From: a virus
Direction: 5' to 3' (one strand)
DNA length: 64,000 nt
IMG/VR virus record: IMGVR_UViG_3300028028_000001
Span: 32,739 to 96,738 of that record
Shown here: piece after piece, positions 16,342 to 25,904 of the stretch
Layout of the letters: the number at the start of each line of letters is the position of its first letter
Numbering within the stretch: position 1 is the stretch's first letter
Program-made: the position numbers and the translations under genes
Notes under the pieces: model-generated
Databases searched by the model: none
Told to the model about the DNA's origin: nothing
The model's input: the letters and a program-made list of their open reading frames with translations, nothing else

Positions 16342-17008
16342 AAAGAAGCCGCTCGATGACCTGATCGAGCAGATCGATGCCTCTGTCGTCACCTCGGCAA
16401 TGCAGCCGCTGGTGGACGGGTTCAAGGACCTTGCGAAAGCGGTCAAGGACTTCACCGACAAGGAAGACGACGAGAAGGAAGACAAGGAAGAGGAGTCCGA
16501 CCCCGACATCCACGAGGACAAGGAGGACGAATCCGATCCTGACATCCACGAGGACAAGGAAGAGCCCCCGCACAAGGCCAAGGAAGACGACTCCGACGCC
16601 ATGGAAAAGGCGATCGCGCTCGACGTGACCGAGTACCTTGACCGGTGGTCCAGGGATCTCCCGGCGCTCACCTCCGAAGTCAAGGCGCTCCGCAAGGACA
16701 ACGCGGACCTTCGGAAGGCGGTGGCCGCTTACGCGGACCATTCGGCAGCGCTCACCAAGGCCGTGCTCTCCCTCGCCGAAGTCCGCAAGCCTGCCGAGGC
16801 CTCCCCGGCTCCCGTGGTCGCCGAAGCCGCTGGAGAGCGCTTCGAGGCTCCGGTCGTTCTGTCCGTGATTCCCATGGAGAAACTCACCAAGGCCGTGATG
16901 TCCGGCGTCATCGACGGTCGCCACTTCGACAACTACACCTCCACCAAGCGTTTCGACCCCAACGACATCACGAACGATCGGCTTCACAAAGCCGTCTCCG
17001 CTCTCTGA
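16331..17008 (+). CDS. acidic scaffolding-protein candidate
   Basis: very acidic D/E/K-rich N-half with tandem ESDPDIHEDKE repeat, helical C-half, lies between protease candidate and capsid gene. Confidence 0.5.
   Translation: MPNEKKPLDDLIEQIDASVVTSAMQPLVDGFKDLAKAVKDFTDKEDDEKEDKEEESDPDIHEDKEDESDPDIHEDKEEPPHKAKEDDSDAMEKAIALDVTEYLDRWSRDLPALTSEVKALRKDNADLRKAVAAYADHSAALTKAVLSLAEVRKPAEASPAPVVAEAAGERFEAPVVLSVIPMEKLTKAVMSGVIDGRHFDNYTSTKRFDPNDITNDRLHKAVSAL
16496..16567 (+). repeat. 36-nt tandem duplication (2 copies) inside scaffold gene
   Basis: tccgaccccgacatccacgaggacaaggaggacgaa / tccgatcctgacatccacgaggacaaggaagagccc. Confidence 0.8.
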
Positions 17009-17039
17009 TCCCATCCCAACCCCACAAGGACAAAACACC

Positions 17040-18641
17040 ATGAACCCTCAGACTCTCCTCCTCGCCTTGACGATGGCCTATTCGTTCTCCGCTGACGGCT
17101 CCGTCTCGATGAACAAAGCCGTCACATCCAGCACGATCGCCAGCGCGGTCCCCGAGTCGCTGGAAATGCAGGCCGCCATCGCGACCTGGAGCGACCGAAC
17201 CCCGGGCGTCAACACCCTGCTCAAGCTCATCCCGCGCGCCGTCGCCACGAAGCAGGAGCACAAGTACGTCAGCCTCGACTCCTGGGGCGACGTGGCCCAC
17301 CAGACCGGCATGGGCACCGAGACCGGCACCCCCGCGAGCCTCCAGTTCTCCTCGACCACCCCGGTTGTGTGGCTCCAGATCTGCAACCAGGCGACCGACG
17401 TCTACTTCATGGCCGAGCTCCAGAAGATGGTCGGCATTGAAGGGACCGTGGATCCCGTCGTCGTCGCCACCAACGCCACCCTCAAGCGTGAAGCGTGGCT
17501 CACCAACCGCAACATGTACCTGCTCGACACCAGTAAGAGCCGCGCAGGCGTCGGCGCCGCCGGTCGCGTCTACAAGGGCGTCCTTCAGCAGGTTCGCGAG
17601 GGCACCGACGGCACCACGGGTTCCTCGACCTTCGGCTCGCACGAGATCGACCTTCGTGGCGCGGACATCACCTCCGATAACATCCGCACCCAGATCGCCC
17701 ACATCCTGGAGTACTACGGCATGGCCAACGTGCTCCTGATGCCGCCCACCCCGCGAGGCAACCTGGAAAGCTCCCTCGAAGGCGCCAACCGCATCACCAT
17801 GGGCGGCGTGGACATTCGAACCCACCTTCTGGGCAACTCGATCGCCGGCCTCCAGAGCCAGGGCAACGTCATGTGGTTCGCCACCGAGCTCGCGCTCAGC
17901 GCGAAGAACTCGAAGCCCCGATACACCGCGCCTCCCGCCGGCTGGGCAACCACCACGGTCCCGACCGTCGTGTCTGCCGTGGTCGCTGGTGGAACCTCGG
18001 GCAACGCCTCGCTGTGGGGCGCCTCGGACGATGGCAACATCTACCACGTCGTCACCGAGGTTGTCAACGAGCTCGAAGGCGCGGGAACCCGTGAGCCTGC
18101 CGGCGCCGCCTACAACGCGGTCGCAGTCGGGCAGGAAGTCCGCCTGACCCTCACCCCGGGTTCCGTGGATGCCGATCGCCTCCGCGTCTACCGTGGCCAC
18201 GATACCGACGTGAGCCCCGGCGGCACCGCTGGCGCCGTGACTGAGGCTTGGTTCCTCTTCGAGGTGGCCGCGAACGGCGCGGTTCCCGTCGTGACCTACG
18301 ACTACAACCAGAGCCTGCCCCGCACCGCCTGGGCCGTCGCGCTCGACATCCAGAGCCCGGTCGCCGACGCCATGTTCAACCCGAGAGGCAACTCCCTGGG
18401 CGCCAACTATGCCGACGCCAACGACGCCGCGATCTCGCAGATCGGCTACCGCGACAACGGTATGACCTCGAACGTGAGCTTCGCGCAGCTCGGGCCCGCT
18501 CCCATGCGCCTCCAGCTCGCCCCCGTGGCCCTGACCGCCCCGATGGGCCGCCCCGTGATCCTCCGCGTCGGCGCCCCCGTCGTGCGGATCCCGCAGCGCT
18601 GCTTCACCTTCAAGAACGTTCGTGACGTGGTTTACAACTAG
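17040..18641 (+). CDS. major capsid protein candidate
   Basis: 533-aa ORF after protease and scaffold candidates, followed by a terminator; call by synteny only. Confidence 0.65.
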   Translation: MNPQTLLLALTMAYSFSADGSVSMNKAVTSSTIASAVPESLEMQAAIATWSDRTPGVNTLLKLIPRAVATKQEHKYVSLDSWGDVAHQTGMGTETGTPASLQFSSTTPVVWLQICNQATDVYFMAELQKMVGIEGTVDPVVVATNATLKREAWLTNRNMYLLDTSKSRAGVGAAGRVYKGVLQQVREGTDGTTGSSTFGSHEIDLRGADITSDNIRTQIAHILEYYGMANVLLMPPTPRGNLESSLEGANRITMGGVDIRTHLLGNSIAGLQSQGNVMWFATELALSAKNSKPRYTAPPAGWATTTVPTVVSAVVAGGTSGNASLWGASDDGNIYHVVTEVVNELEGAGTREPAGAAYNAVAVGQEVRLTLTPGSVDADRLRVYRGHDTDVSPGGTAGAVTEAWFLFEVAANGAVPVVTYDYNQSLPRTAWAVALDIQSPVADAMFNPRGNSLGANYADANDAAISQIGYRDNGMTSNVSFAQLGPAPMRLQLAPVALTAPMGRPVILRVGAPVVRIPQRCFTFKNVRDVVYN

Positions 18642-18660
18642 TCGCGGCTTCGAGGTATAA

Positions 18661-18689
18661 GGGGATCGCTCTGCGGTCCCTTTTTTCTT
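18661..18689 (+). terminator. rho-independent terminator after capsid gene
   Basis: gggatcgc/gcggtccc stem (one G-U), 3-nt loop, then ttttttctt. Confidence 0.55.
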
Positions 18690-18698
18690 GGAGTTTGC

Positions 18699-19466
18699 AT
18701 GATTGCCATTGAGTACATTTCGCCGATTTCGATCCGGATCAATGGAATCACCGTCGATTTTCGCGCCCATGATTTCAGGGGCCGCTCCCGGTTTATGGCC
18801 TTTGTCGCCGAAGACATGCCGATCGGGTTCTTCAAATCGAAGGGCTACACGATCCACGGCATCGTCGCGGATCCTCCTGTTCCGACGCTCAAGGCCCCTC
18901 CGCTGGCGTCCGGCGCGATCTACTCCCTCCCGGAAACGCTGGCGCACGCCTTCCTCCGAGGATGGACCCTGGAAGACCTCTGGGGCGCTGGCAAGGGCGG
19001 CAAGTGGAATGACGAGGGCGGGCGCGGAACTTGCGGCCTGACGGTTGTGGAGTGCGCTCTGGCGTCCCCTCCGAAGGGTTGGGTTCCTGGTTGCGGCGCG
19101 AAGCCCTGGGAGATGGCTGGGTGGATCGCACCTGCGCAGACCTGGGCGCCGCCTGTCGTCGTCGAACCTGTTGTGGAGGCTGAGCCCGAAGTGGTGGCCG
19201 AGGAACCTGCCGAAGAGCCCCAGGCGGAACCAGAAGTGGAGCCAGAAGTGGAACCCGTGAAGGAGAAGATCCCCGAGTCCTGGACCGCTGATGAGTGGGA
19301 GCGGATGGCCTCGGCGATCCGCGAGGTCCACAAATCCGACGATCCCCCCAAGCGTGGGCGCCTGGAATGGCTCTGGAAGAACAAGGCCACCGATGACAAG
19401 CGGCGCAAGATGCCGGCGCTCTCGGACGATGACCTGAACCTGCTTCTCGGCCGGGCCTTCGCGTGA
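18699..19466 (+). CDS. hypothetical structural-module protein with P/E-rich linker
   Basis: 255-aa ORF; PVVVEPVVEAEPEVVAEEPAEEPQAEPEVEPEVEP linker. Confidence 0.5.
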   Translation: MIAIEYISPISIRINGITVDFRAHDFRGRSRFMAFVAEDMPIGFFKSKGYTIHGIVADPPVPTLKAPPLASGAIYSLPETLAHAFLRGWTLEDLWGAGKGGKWNDEGGRGTCGLTVVECALASPPKGWVPGCGAKPWEMAGWIAPAQTWAPPVVVEPVVEAEPEVVAEEPAEEPQAEPEVEPEVEPVKEKIPESWTADEWERMASAIREVHKSDDPPKRGRLEWLWKNKATDDKRRKMPALSDDDLNLLLGRAFA

Positions 19467-20368
19467 CACTTGAGCGCACCCTTGGCCTGACGTGCCCCAT
19501 CCCGGAGGCCATCGACGCTCAGCTTTGGTTGGACCGGTTCGCGTGGCCCCTCCTGGAATCGGTTGGCGCGTCTCGGTCCAAAAGTGTCTTCGAGAACACC
19601 GATCCCGTGGTCCGGGCGAAACTGCTGGACGCGGTACGCTGGCAACTTCGGGCCGTGCTGTCCGAGGCCGAGATCAAACTCGGCGTGCCCATGGGCATCC
19701 GCGTGGTCAAGTCCGATCCTGTGGACTCCGGTCTTCGGCAGGGCATCGACTATGACGAGCGGATCGGGAGAACCCCCTTCTATCCCGAGCAATGCCGGGA
19801 TGAGTACTACCCGCTCGAACTCCCGTCAGGCACGATATCGATCGAACGGGTCCGCCTGTACTACCTTCGGAACCTCGTCTATGAGTTTTCCCCTGCCATG
19901 GGCAACGAAGACGCGATCCGGCTGGCCAACATGCGGACGGGCGCGGCGAACCTGATCCCTCAAGGTGCGCCGTATCTGCTCACGTCCACCGCGTGGCTCC
20001 CGATGATGCTCCCTTCCTTCTCACTTGGGAGGACCACCCCGGACGCCTGGGCCATCGACTACACCCTGGGCCCGGTCACTGTCACCGGGGAGATCGGGCG
20101 GATTGAACTCGTGGTGGTGAACTGGTGCTATGCCGCTGCGGCTAAGATGATCTTCGCCCAGGCCGGCCTTGCCCGTAGCCAGGGGCTTACCAACGCCTCC
20201 CTTTCCTTTGACGGGTTCTCCAAGTCGATCGGTCTGTCGTCGGGCGCAAACACCGGGCTTTATTCGGCGATCGAGAAGTCCTGCCAGGACCTGATGGATC
20301 GGATCGATTGGCGCGCTTTGCGGTCCATGAAGCGAGGGGGCCCGAGGATTCTTCCTTATGGCTCGTGA
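19463..20368 (+). CDS. hypothetical head/neck-module protein
   Basis: GTG start overlapping upstream stop; 301 aa. Confidence 0.5.
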   Translation: MTLERTLGLTCPIPEAIDAQLWLDRFAWPLLESVGASRSKSVFENTDPVVRAKLLDAVRWQLRAVLSEAEIKLGVPMGIRVVKSDPVDSGLRQGIDYDERIGRTPFYPEQCRDEYYPLELPSGTISIERVRLYYLRNLVYEFSPAMGNEDAIRLANMRTGAANLIPQGAPYLLTSTAWLPMMLPSFSLGRTTPDAWAIDYTLGPVTVTGEIGRIELVVVNWCYAAAAKMIFAQAGLARSQGLTNASLSFDGFSKSIGLSSGANTGLYSAIEKSCQDLMDRIDWRALRSMKRGGPRILPYGS

Positions 20369-21131
20369 ACCGTTCTTCTTCGGCGTTCATGCCGACGACT
20401 TCCCGGCTCTGCACTTCGATTCGATCGAGTACGATCACGCGATTGAGGAGCACGGGCAGAACATCGAACTCCGGCGCGCGGTTCTGTGTCCTTGCGCCCG
20501 AATCGAGGATCACCGGCCACGGGGAACCTGCACGACGTGTAAGGGCCTCGGACTGGTCTACCCGGAAACGATGCGAGAAGAGACCCGGGTGCTTCTGTCA
20601 ACCCGTGCCCCTCGGAAGACTCCGGAGGGCGCCACGGTCTACGTCGTGGGCACCATTTGGGCTTCTTTTCGGCTCGGGTACGTCCCTGGTGACGGGGATC
20701 TGATTCTACCCGAGGAGGAAGAGCACGTCGTCCACCAGACCATCTTCCGTGAGTCGCTACAGGTCACCACGGGGGCGGCATGGGCCCGAGCTACCGCACA
20801 CGATCAGGTGCCGCCCGTCCTTCGACCCGCGCAGGATCGGCTTCTGTACCCAGATCCTACGACGATCGAAGCCGTGCTCTGGAAGAACGGCGATACCCTG
20901 ATCACTGCCGGCGCTCTCGATTACTCGATCGTCGGTGATCGTATCGTGTGGAGCGGCGCAAGGTCTCCGGCTCCGGGCGTGGCCTACACGATCCGATATC
21001 GGGCGAAAGCGGCCTATCAGTTGCAGCCGTCAGAACCTCTCTACCGGATGGAGGCAGATTCCGGGCTCCCCTACCGCTGCCAGGCCGTGCGCCTCGACCG
21101 CGTTGGATGGCCTGATGTTCGGGATGTTTGA
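20358..21131 (+). CDS. hypothetical structural protein with CxC...CxxCxGxG zinc-finger-like motif
   Basis: CPCARIEDHRPRGTCTTCKGLG near N-terminus. Confidence 0.5.
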   Translation: MAREPFFFGVHADDFPALHFDSIEYDHAIEEHGQNIELRRAVLCPCARIEDHRPRGTCTTCKGLGLVYPETMREETRVLLSTRAPRKTPEGATVYVVGTIWASFRLGYVPGDGDLILPEEEEHVVHQTIFRESLQVTTGAAWARATAHDQVPPVLRPAQDRLLYPDPTTIEAVLWKNGDTLITAGALDYSIVGDRIVWSGARSPAPGVAYTIRYRAKAAYQLQPSEPLYRMEADSGLPYRCQAVRLDRVGWPDVRDV

Positions 21132-22039
21132 TGAAACTGGAGATCCCCCGGCTGACGTTCAACGTGGAGTTGTCCTCGTTCCAGGGCCTTGAGCGGATCG
21201 GTCTGGAGCAGGTAGGCGCGGCTCTTGAGTCGGCGACGTGGCGCACCGCTCAATGGATGAGGAACCAGTGGGCAGACCAGGCGCAGCGGATGGGCGTTCA
21301 TGACACGGGCGCCTATCTCCGAGGAATACGAGAAGATGGCATGATCGTGCCGGTTTCGTCGAACCTAGCGGATCCGTCGGCCGCTATGTTTGCCGTCGTG
21401 CTCGACGTGGTGAACACCGCGAAGCACGCGCAGGCGGTGGAGGAGGGGTCCATGGCCTTCCATATGCCCGATCGCGTGGATTGGGCCCGATCGGGTCGGG
21501 TCAAGGTCTCCAAAAAGGGCGTTCCTTACATCCATGTCCCGTTTCGGCACTACACGCACGCGGCGAGCGGGTCAACGGCTACCGCCCTGCGCTCGATGAT
21601 GACGAAGGAGATCACAGCGGAGGCCAAGACGCTCGACCGTCGGTTGGCCCTTGGCGCTGGGTTCCAGCATACGCCAGAGGGCCAGTTCGTAGCCGTTGAC
21701 AAGTACCGCTGGGCGGGCCTGTCGGACAAGAAGAGGATCACGAGGCCCGGGGCAAGTGTCGGCGATCCGGAGTGGCGTGGAGCGAAGCACGTCGCGTTCG
21801 GGATGGTCAACCCCGCGTGGAAGTCGTCGAAGTACGAAGGGCTCATGAAGACGGACCCGGAAAAGCATACCAACTACATGACGATCCGCACGATGACTCG
21901 GGACTCTCCAGGGTGGAACATCCCGGCAAAGGCCGGCAAGTGGGTTGCCCGGACTACTGCGCAGATCACAGAGTCCTCCGATGAGGTAAAGAAGACCTTT
22001 GAAACGGCTTTCGCAAAGGCGATATTGAAGGTGCTATGA
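21128..22039 (+). CDS. hypothetical structural-module protein
   Basis: ATGA-coupled 303-aa ORF. Confidence 0.5.
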   Translation: MMKLEIPRLTFNVELSSFQGLERIGLEQVGAALESATWRTAQWMRNQWADQAQRMGVHDTGAYLRGIREDGMIVPVSSNLADPSAAMFAVVLDVVNTAKHAQAVEEGSMAFHMPDRVDWARSGRVKVSKKGVPYIHVPFRHYTHAASGSTATALRSMMTKEITAEAKTLDRRLALGAGFQHTPEGQFVAVDKYRWAGLSDKKRITRPGASVGDPEWRGAKHVAFGMVNPAWKSSKYEGLMKTDPEKHTNYMTIRTMTRDSPGWNIPAKAGKWVARTTAQITESSDEVKKTFETAFAKAILKVL

Positions 22040-22746
22040 CGGTTCCCGTTCTTCCCAACAGCGCCAACTTCACGGAACTCCGGATCCGCGAGATCCTTCT
22101 TCGAGGCATCGTTGACCTGGCCTCCGATGAAGAGCGGCTCAACCTCCTTTTCCGCAGGGTGGACGGTCTGCCGCAGGGCACCCAAGAGACCTGGGCCGAA
22201 GACCTGAAAACGCTCTTGAAACTTTCGGTTACGGACCCTGCCGCCAGGATCCGGGTCATCATTGGCTACCCCTGGGATGTCAACTCCCTACCATGCTGGT
22301 CGATCGTGAAAGAAGGGGGCTCGGAGAACGATTCCGAGGCCACCATGGGCGATGAAGCCGGCCTCGTGAACGTCCAGACCGGGCATATCCACGATTCAGA
22401 CGGCGTTGAATGGCCCCGGATCGTCGGGTATACGGCTTACGGGATCCCGTGGACATCGAACTTCCAGATCGGGACCTGGGCCACGACTCCGGATGTTTCG
22501 ATCCTTCTGCACGAAGCCGCGATCGAGATTCTGGACATCGCCCGGGGGGAGCTCGATACCTCTGGCGTCCAGTCCATCTCCCTCTCCGAGCCGGGTGGGA
22601 TGATCCCGAACCCGGAACAGCATCCCTCCCTTGGCGTGGGGTATATCCCGCTCGTTCGCGTCTCCTGTAAGTGGACTCGCCTCCGGTTGCAGAAGCGCTC
22701 CCCTCGTCCAACACACGTCACACGCCGCACCACGACCCTCCTGTAA
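22036..22746 (+). CDS. hypothetical structural-module protein
   Basis: ATGA-coupled 236-aa ORF upstream of sheath gene. Confidence 0.5.
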   Translation: MTVPVLPNSANFTELRIREILLRGIVDLASDEERLNLLFRRVDGLPQGTQETWAEDLKTLLKLSVTDPAARIRVIIGYPWDVNSLPCWSIVKEGGSENDSEATMGDEAGLVNVQTGHIHDSDGVEWPRIVGYTAYGIPWTSNFQIGTWATTPDVSILLHEAAIEILDIARGELDTSGVQSISLSEPGGMIPNPEQHPSLGVGYIPLVRVSCKWTRLRLQKRSPRPTHVTRRTTTLL

Positions 22747-22758
22747 GGAGCGCTCTCC

Positions 22759-24552
22759 ATGTTCATCACGTTCAACGGCGAAAAAGTCTACATTCCTGGA
22801 GCGTACTCCTCGACCGAGATCGTTTCGACGCTCGAAGGCCCCACGGCTTCGTTCCAGGTCCCCATGCTCATGGGCGCGGCGGACTACGGGATCCCCTACC
22901 ATTTCCCGGAGATCAAGTTCTCCGACGAGCCCGCGCAGAACCCCTGGATCATGTGCGGCGATTTGACCACGCTCAAGCGGTTCTTCAACCGAGATTCCGA
23001 GATTGCGACGGCATACGAGACGGCGGCACTTCACGGGCTCCCCTACTCCTACGTCGCCTGCATGTCGAAACTCACGCGCGAAACCGTGGTCGCCACCTCC
23101 GGCGCTGGTCCCGTGGTCAACGAGCAGACGATCTACTCTCGCCTTGCTGGTGCTCCGGGTGGGTTCCATAAGATCAGTTACACCGCTGCGCACGTCTTCA
23201 CAGTCATCCCGGTCAAGGACTTCTCGATGCTCACCGCCAACGCGGCGGGCGCTGCGACCAGGGTCTACGTCAAGAGCAACTCCTGGGTCACAGATGGCAT
23301 GACTCTCACGATCGGCGGAAACGCCATCGTCGCGGAAACGAAGGTGGTAGCCACGCCCGGAACAGGTGAGGAACTCTCTTCGACCGGTCAGAAACTCTAC
23401 TGGATCGAGTTCACCACGGGGCTCGCGAACCCGATGACCACGGCGGCTTACAGCCTCGTGTGCTCCCATGACGCTCCGATCGTCGGCTCCGCACTCACCA
23501 CGGGTCAGAAACTCTACGATTGGCTCAACACCGATCCGGCCGCGAAGCTCGTCCTGGGCTCCAAAAAAGAGTCCACCTACACGGGCACCCGGCCCACCAC
23601 GATCGCGGCGGCTACCTTGATGAAGGAGATCGCGACCTGGGGCGCCAACACCGCTGGGACCTCGCCGAAGCCCGCACTCACGGACTTCACCGACTTCATC
23701 ACGGACATGGACGCCTCGGCCTGGGATGACTTCATTCAGGTCTATGACGACGTGCCCCGGCTTTTCTACGTCGTGGACCCCACGAACACGGTTCATGAGG
23801 CCATGCGCAACTGGGCGATTGCCAAGCGGTCCTCGACGACTCCGGGCGACTATTCGATCAAGGTCCTTACCGGGTGCGCCTGGGGCGATGTCGTTGTCGC
23901 CTCGGGGACCACGACTTCGCCGACCTTTCGAGCGCAGGCCATCGACAATCAGGATGTTGTCCTGGTTGCCAACGGCTTCAACTGGCAGGCCGCATACCTT
24001 TCCCACGCGGCGGCCGTTTTCGGGATGATCGTCGCGGGCGGCGTGAACCACAACCTGACCCAGGACCGATATGTCGGCATCATGGCGTGGGAAGCGAAGT
24101 GGAACGAGCGGGCGCTCGGCGAACTCACCACGCTGCACAAGTACGGGGTTCTCACGAACCGGCTCGCGGTAGACAACTCTGGATCCTACTGGGTCGTTTC
24201 GCAGGGGCTTTCGACGCTCCAGGCGAACTCGGTCTCCTGGAACCCTGACGCGACGACTCCGCTGATTCAGCAGCGCGACCTCCAGGACTTCGTGAAGCGG
24301 GATCTCGACTTTGTTCTCGTGCGGTCGCAACTCGGCCAGGACGAAACCGATCGCAACTCGATCACCTCGGCGCTGGTCGCTCGGGCAACCGGCTACCACT
24401 ACGACAACGGGTTCATCGAGGATGGCACCTACAAGATCACTTCTACCGCGCTTGACCCCTCCGGCGCTGGCTGGGTTGTCGGCGACACCTATCGCCTGCC
24501 CACCACGGTAGACTGGATCACGACTGTTCACCGCGTCCTCGTGGGCGAGTAA
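22759..24552 (+). CDS. contractile tail sheath protein candidate
   Basis: 597 aa; N-terminal KVYIPGAYSS resembles sheath PGVY start; order sheath-tube-G/GT-tape measure. Confidence 0.65.
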   Translation: MFITFNGEKVYIPGAYSSTEIVSTLEGPTASFQVPMLMGAADYGIPYHFPEIKFSDEPAQNPWIMCGDLTTLKRFFNRDSEIATAYETAALHGLPYSYVACMSKLTRETVVATSGAGPVVNEQTIYSRLAGAPGGFHKISYTAAHVFTVIPVKDFSMLTANAAGAATRVYVKSNSWVTDGMTLTIGGNAIVAETKVVATPGTGEELSSTGQKLYWIEFTTGLANPMTTAAYSLVCSHDAPIVGSALTTGQKLYDWLNTDPAAKLVLGSKKESTYTGTRPTTIAAATLMKEIATWGANTAGTSPKPALTDFTDFITDMDASAWDDFIQVYDDVPRLFYVVDPTNTVHEAMRNWAIAKRSSTTPGDYSIKVLTGCAWGDVVVASGTTTSPTFRAQAIDNQDVVLVANGFNWQAAYLSHAAAVFGMIVAGGVNHNLTQDRYVGIMAWEAKWNERALGELTTLHKYGVLTNRLAVDNSGSYWVVSQGLSTLQANSVSWNPDATTPLIQQRDLQDFVKRDLDFVLVRSQLGQDETDRNSITSALVARATGYHYDNGFIEDGTYKITSTALDPSGAGWVVGDTYRLPTTVDWITTVHRVLVGE

Positions 24553-24561
24553 GGAGCTTCG

Positions 24562-25050
24562 ATGGGTTACGCTGACTATCAGACTTCGGGCGCGTATGCG
24601 GCAAAGCAGGCCGGCGCCTTCCATTCCGTCGTGCTCCAGAACGAGGCGGACGCCACCGACAAGTTGGTCGGCGCCACCACGGGGATCTCCTGGAACGAGG
24701 ACTATGAAGGGATCCCGGTGGAAGAGATGGGCAACGATGGCGTCGACGAGCATGTTGACGGTCGCATGACCGTCTCAGGCTCCTTCACCATGAACGCCTC
24801 CTCACAGCGCCTCGACGCCATGCCGACGCGCCAGGACTTCATCGGCAAGCGCTACACGATCACGCAGCAAGTCGCAAAGTCGGCGGACTCGACGGCGATC
24901 GGGACCGTGGTCTGGGTCTGTACCAAGTGCAAGATCACCGGGATTTCCGGGCAGAACGCGGCGCGCGGGATTCAGACGCTTTCGGTGAACTTCGTCGGTT
25001 CGCGGCGCTACTCCGGCGCGGAATGGGCCGACCTGACTGGGGCGATGTAG
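24562..25050 (+). CDS. tail tube protein candidate
   Basis: 162 aa directly after sheath candidate. Confidence 0.6.
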   Translation: MGYADYQTSGAYAAKQAGAFHSVVLQNEADATDKLVGATTGISWNEDYEGIPVEEMGNDGVDEHVDGRMTVSGSFTMNASSQRLDAMPTRQDFIGKRYTITQQVAKSADSTAIGTVVWVCTKCKITGISGQNAARGIQTLSVNFVGSRRYSGAEWADLTGAM

Positions 25051-25560
25051 ATGAAGCGCGCCACCGTTTCGTTCCAGGCGCAAGTCCGGGATCTCTGGGT
25101 TCTCCCCGATGGGTCCCTTGGCCCCAAGGAGCAGGCGGCTACCTTCACCATGCACCGGTCCCCTACCGGCCTGGAACGGCTCAAGATCACCCGTCGAACC
25201 CACTCCATCCTCGGCGAGGGCAACGAAGCCGCTGGGCATTTGGAACTCGCGGCGCTCAAGATGGCGATTCAAGAGCAGGCTCGGATCGTGCGCGAGGAGA
25301 TCGGCGAAGTTGAAGACGTTGAGAAGGCCTGGGAAACCCACGAAAGCGAAGCCGCGATCATGTATGCGGACCTATCTGAGCAGGCGGGCGACCTTTACGC
25401 AATGGCCCGGTGGGAACTCCTGGCCGTGGACGTACCCGAGCGATTCCGGAACCTCGCAGAATCCGACATCGAAGAGCGGGTCGTGATGGCGCTCCGGGTC
25501 GCCTGGTGGAAAGCCGAGGATCCGACTCGCGCGGGAAAAGAGCAGCCCTCCGAGTCCTGA
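25051..25560 (+). CDS. tail assembly chaperone (G-like)
   Basis: 169 aa immediately upstream of tape measure; contains in-frame slippery heptamer near 3' end. Confidence 0.7.
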   Translation: MKRATVSFQAQVRDLWVLPDGSLGPKEQAATFTMHRSPTGLERLKITRRTHSILGEGNEAAGHLELAALKMAIQEQARIVREEIGEVEDVEKAWETHESEAAIMYADLSEQAGDLYAMARWELLAVDVPERFRNLAESDIEERVVMALRVAWWKAEDPTRAGKEQPSES

Positions 25561-25904
25561 ACGGGGAGCCCGGAGGGCAGACCGCAGGACACCCGACCGT
25601 AACGGACGCGGAGATCGAGGCTGATTCCATCTGGACCCTTTGGCGGCTCGCCTATGGAATGCCTCCGAACGACCCACGGTTTCAGGATATCACGGAAGAG
25701 GAGGTTCTAACGGATCTCCTCGTTCGCCATTTCCACAGGAAGAACGGCGCATCCGAGGAAGAGCGGCTTATCGAGCACCTTCGAGACAACCTATCGGAGT
25801 TCGATGCTCTTGAGAAGTTGGCCGAGAAGATACCGCAAGTGAGGCCTTCGAAGCCAAAAGCGCCGCCCACGATCGCCCGTCGGGGTAAAAAGGTGATGCC
25901 ATGA
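25051..25904 (+). CDS. tail assembly chaperone -1 frameshift product (GT-like), join 25051..25539,25539..25904
   Basis: -1 frame open from the slip site to 25904; its stop overlaps the tape-measure ATG (ATGA 25901-25904). Confidence 0.6.
25533..25539 (+). promoter_or_regulatory. -1 programmed ribosomal frameshift slippery heptamer G_GGA_AAA
   Basis: zero-frame codons GCG GGA AAA GAG (25531-25542); X_XXY_YYZ pattern in the correct phase. Confidence 0.65.

Noticed and set aside
16440-16600. Acidic tandem repeat considered as a CRISPR-like or regulatory array
   Set aside because: There are only two in-frame 36-nt copies inside a coding region, with no spacer structure.
16968-19469. 833-aa minus-strand ORF
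   Set aside because: It lies antisense to the scaffold, capsid and following genes. It is R/G/A/H/D-rich and low-complexity, and stop-free only because the DNA is GC-rich. The plus-strand genes show synteny and coupling.
22396-24753. 785-aa minus-strand ORF
   Set aside because: It lies antisense to the sheath gene, with the same low-complexity composition and no motifs.
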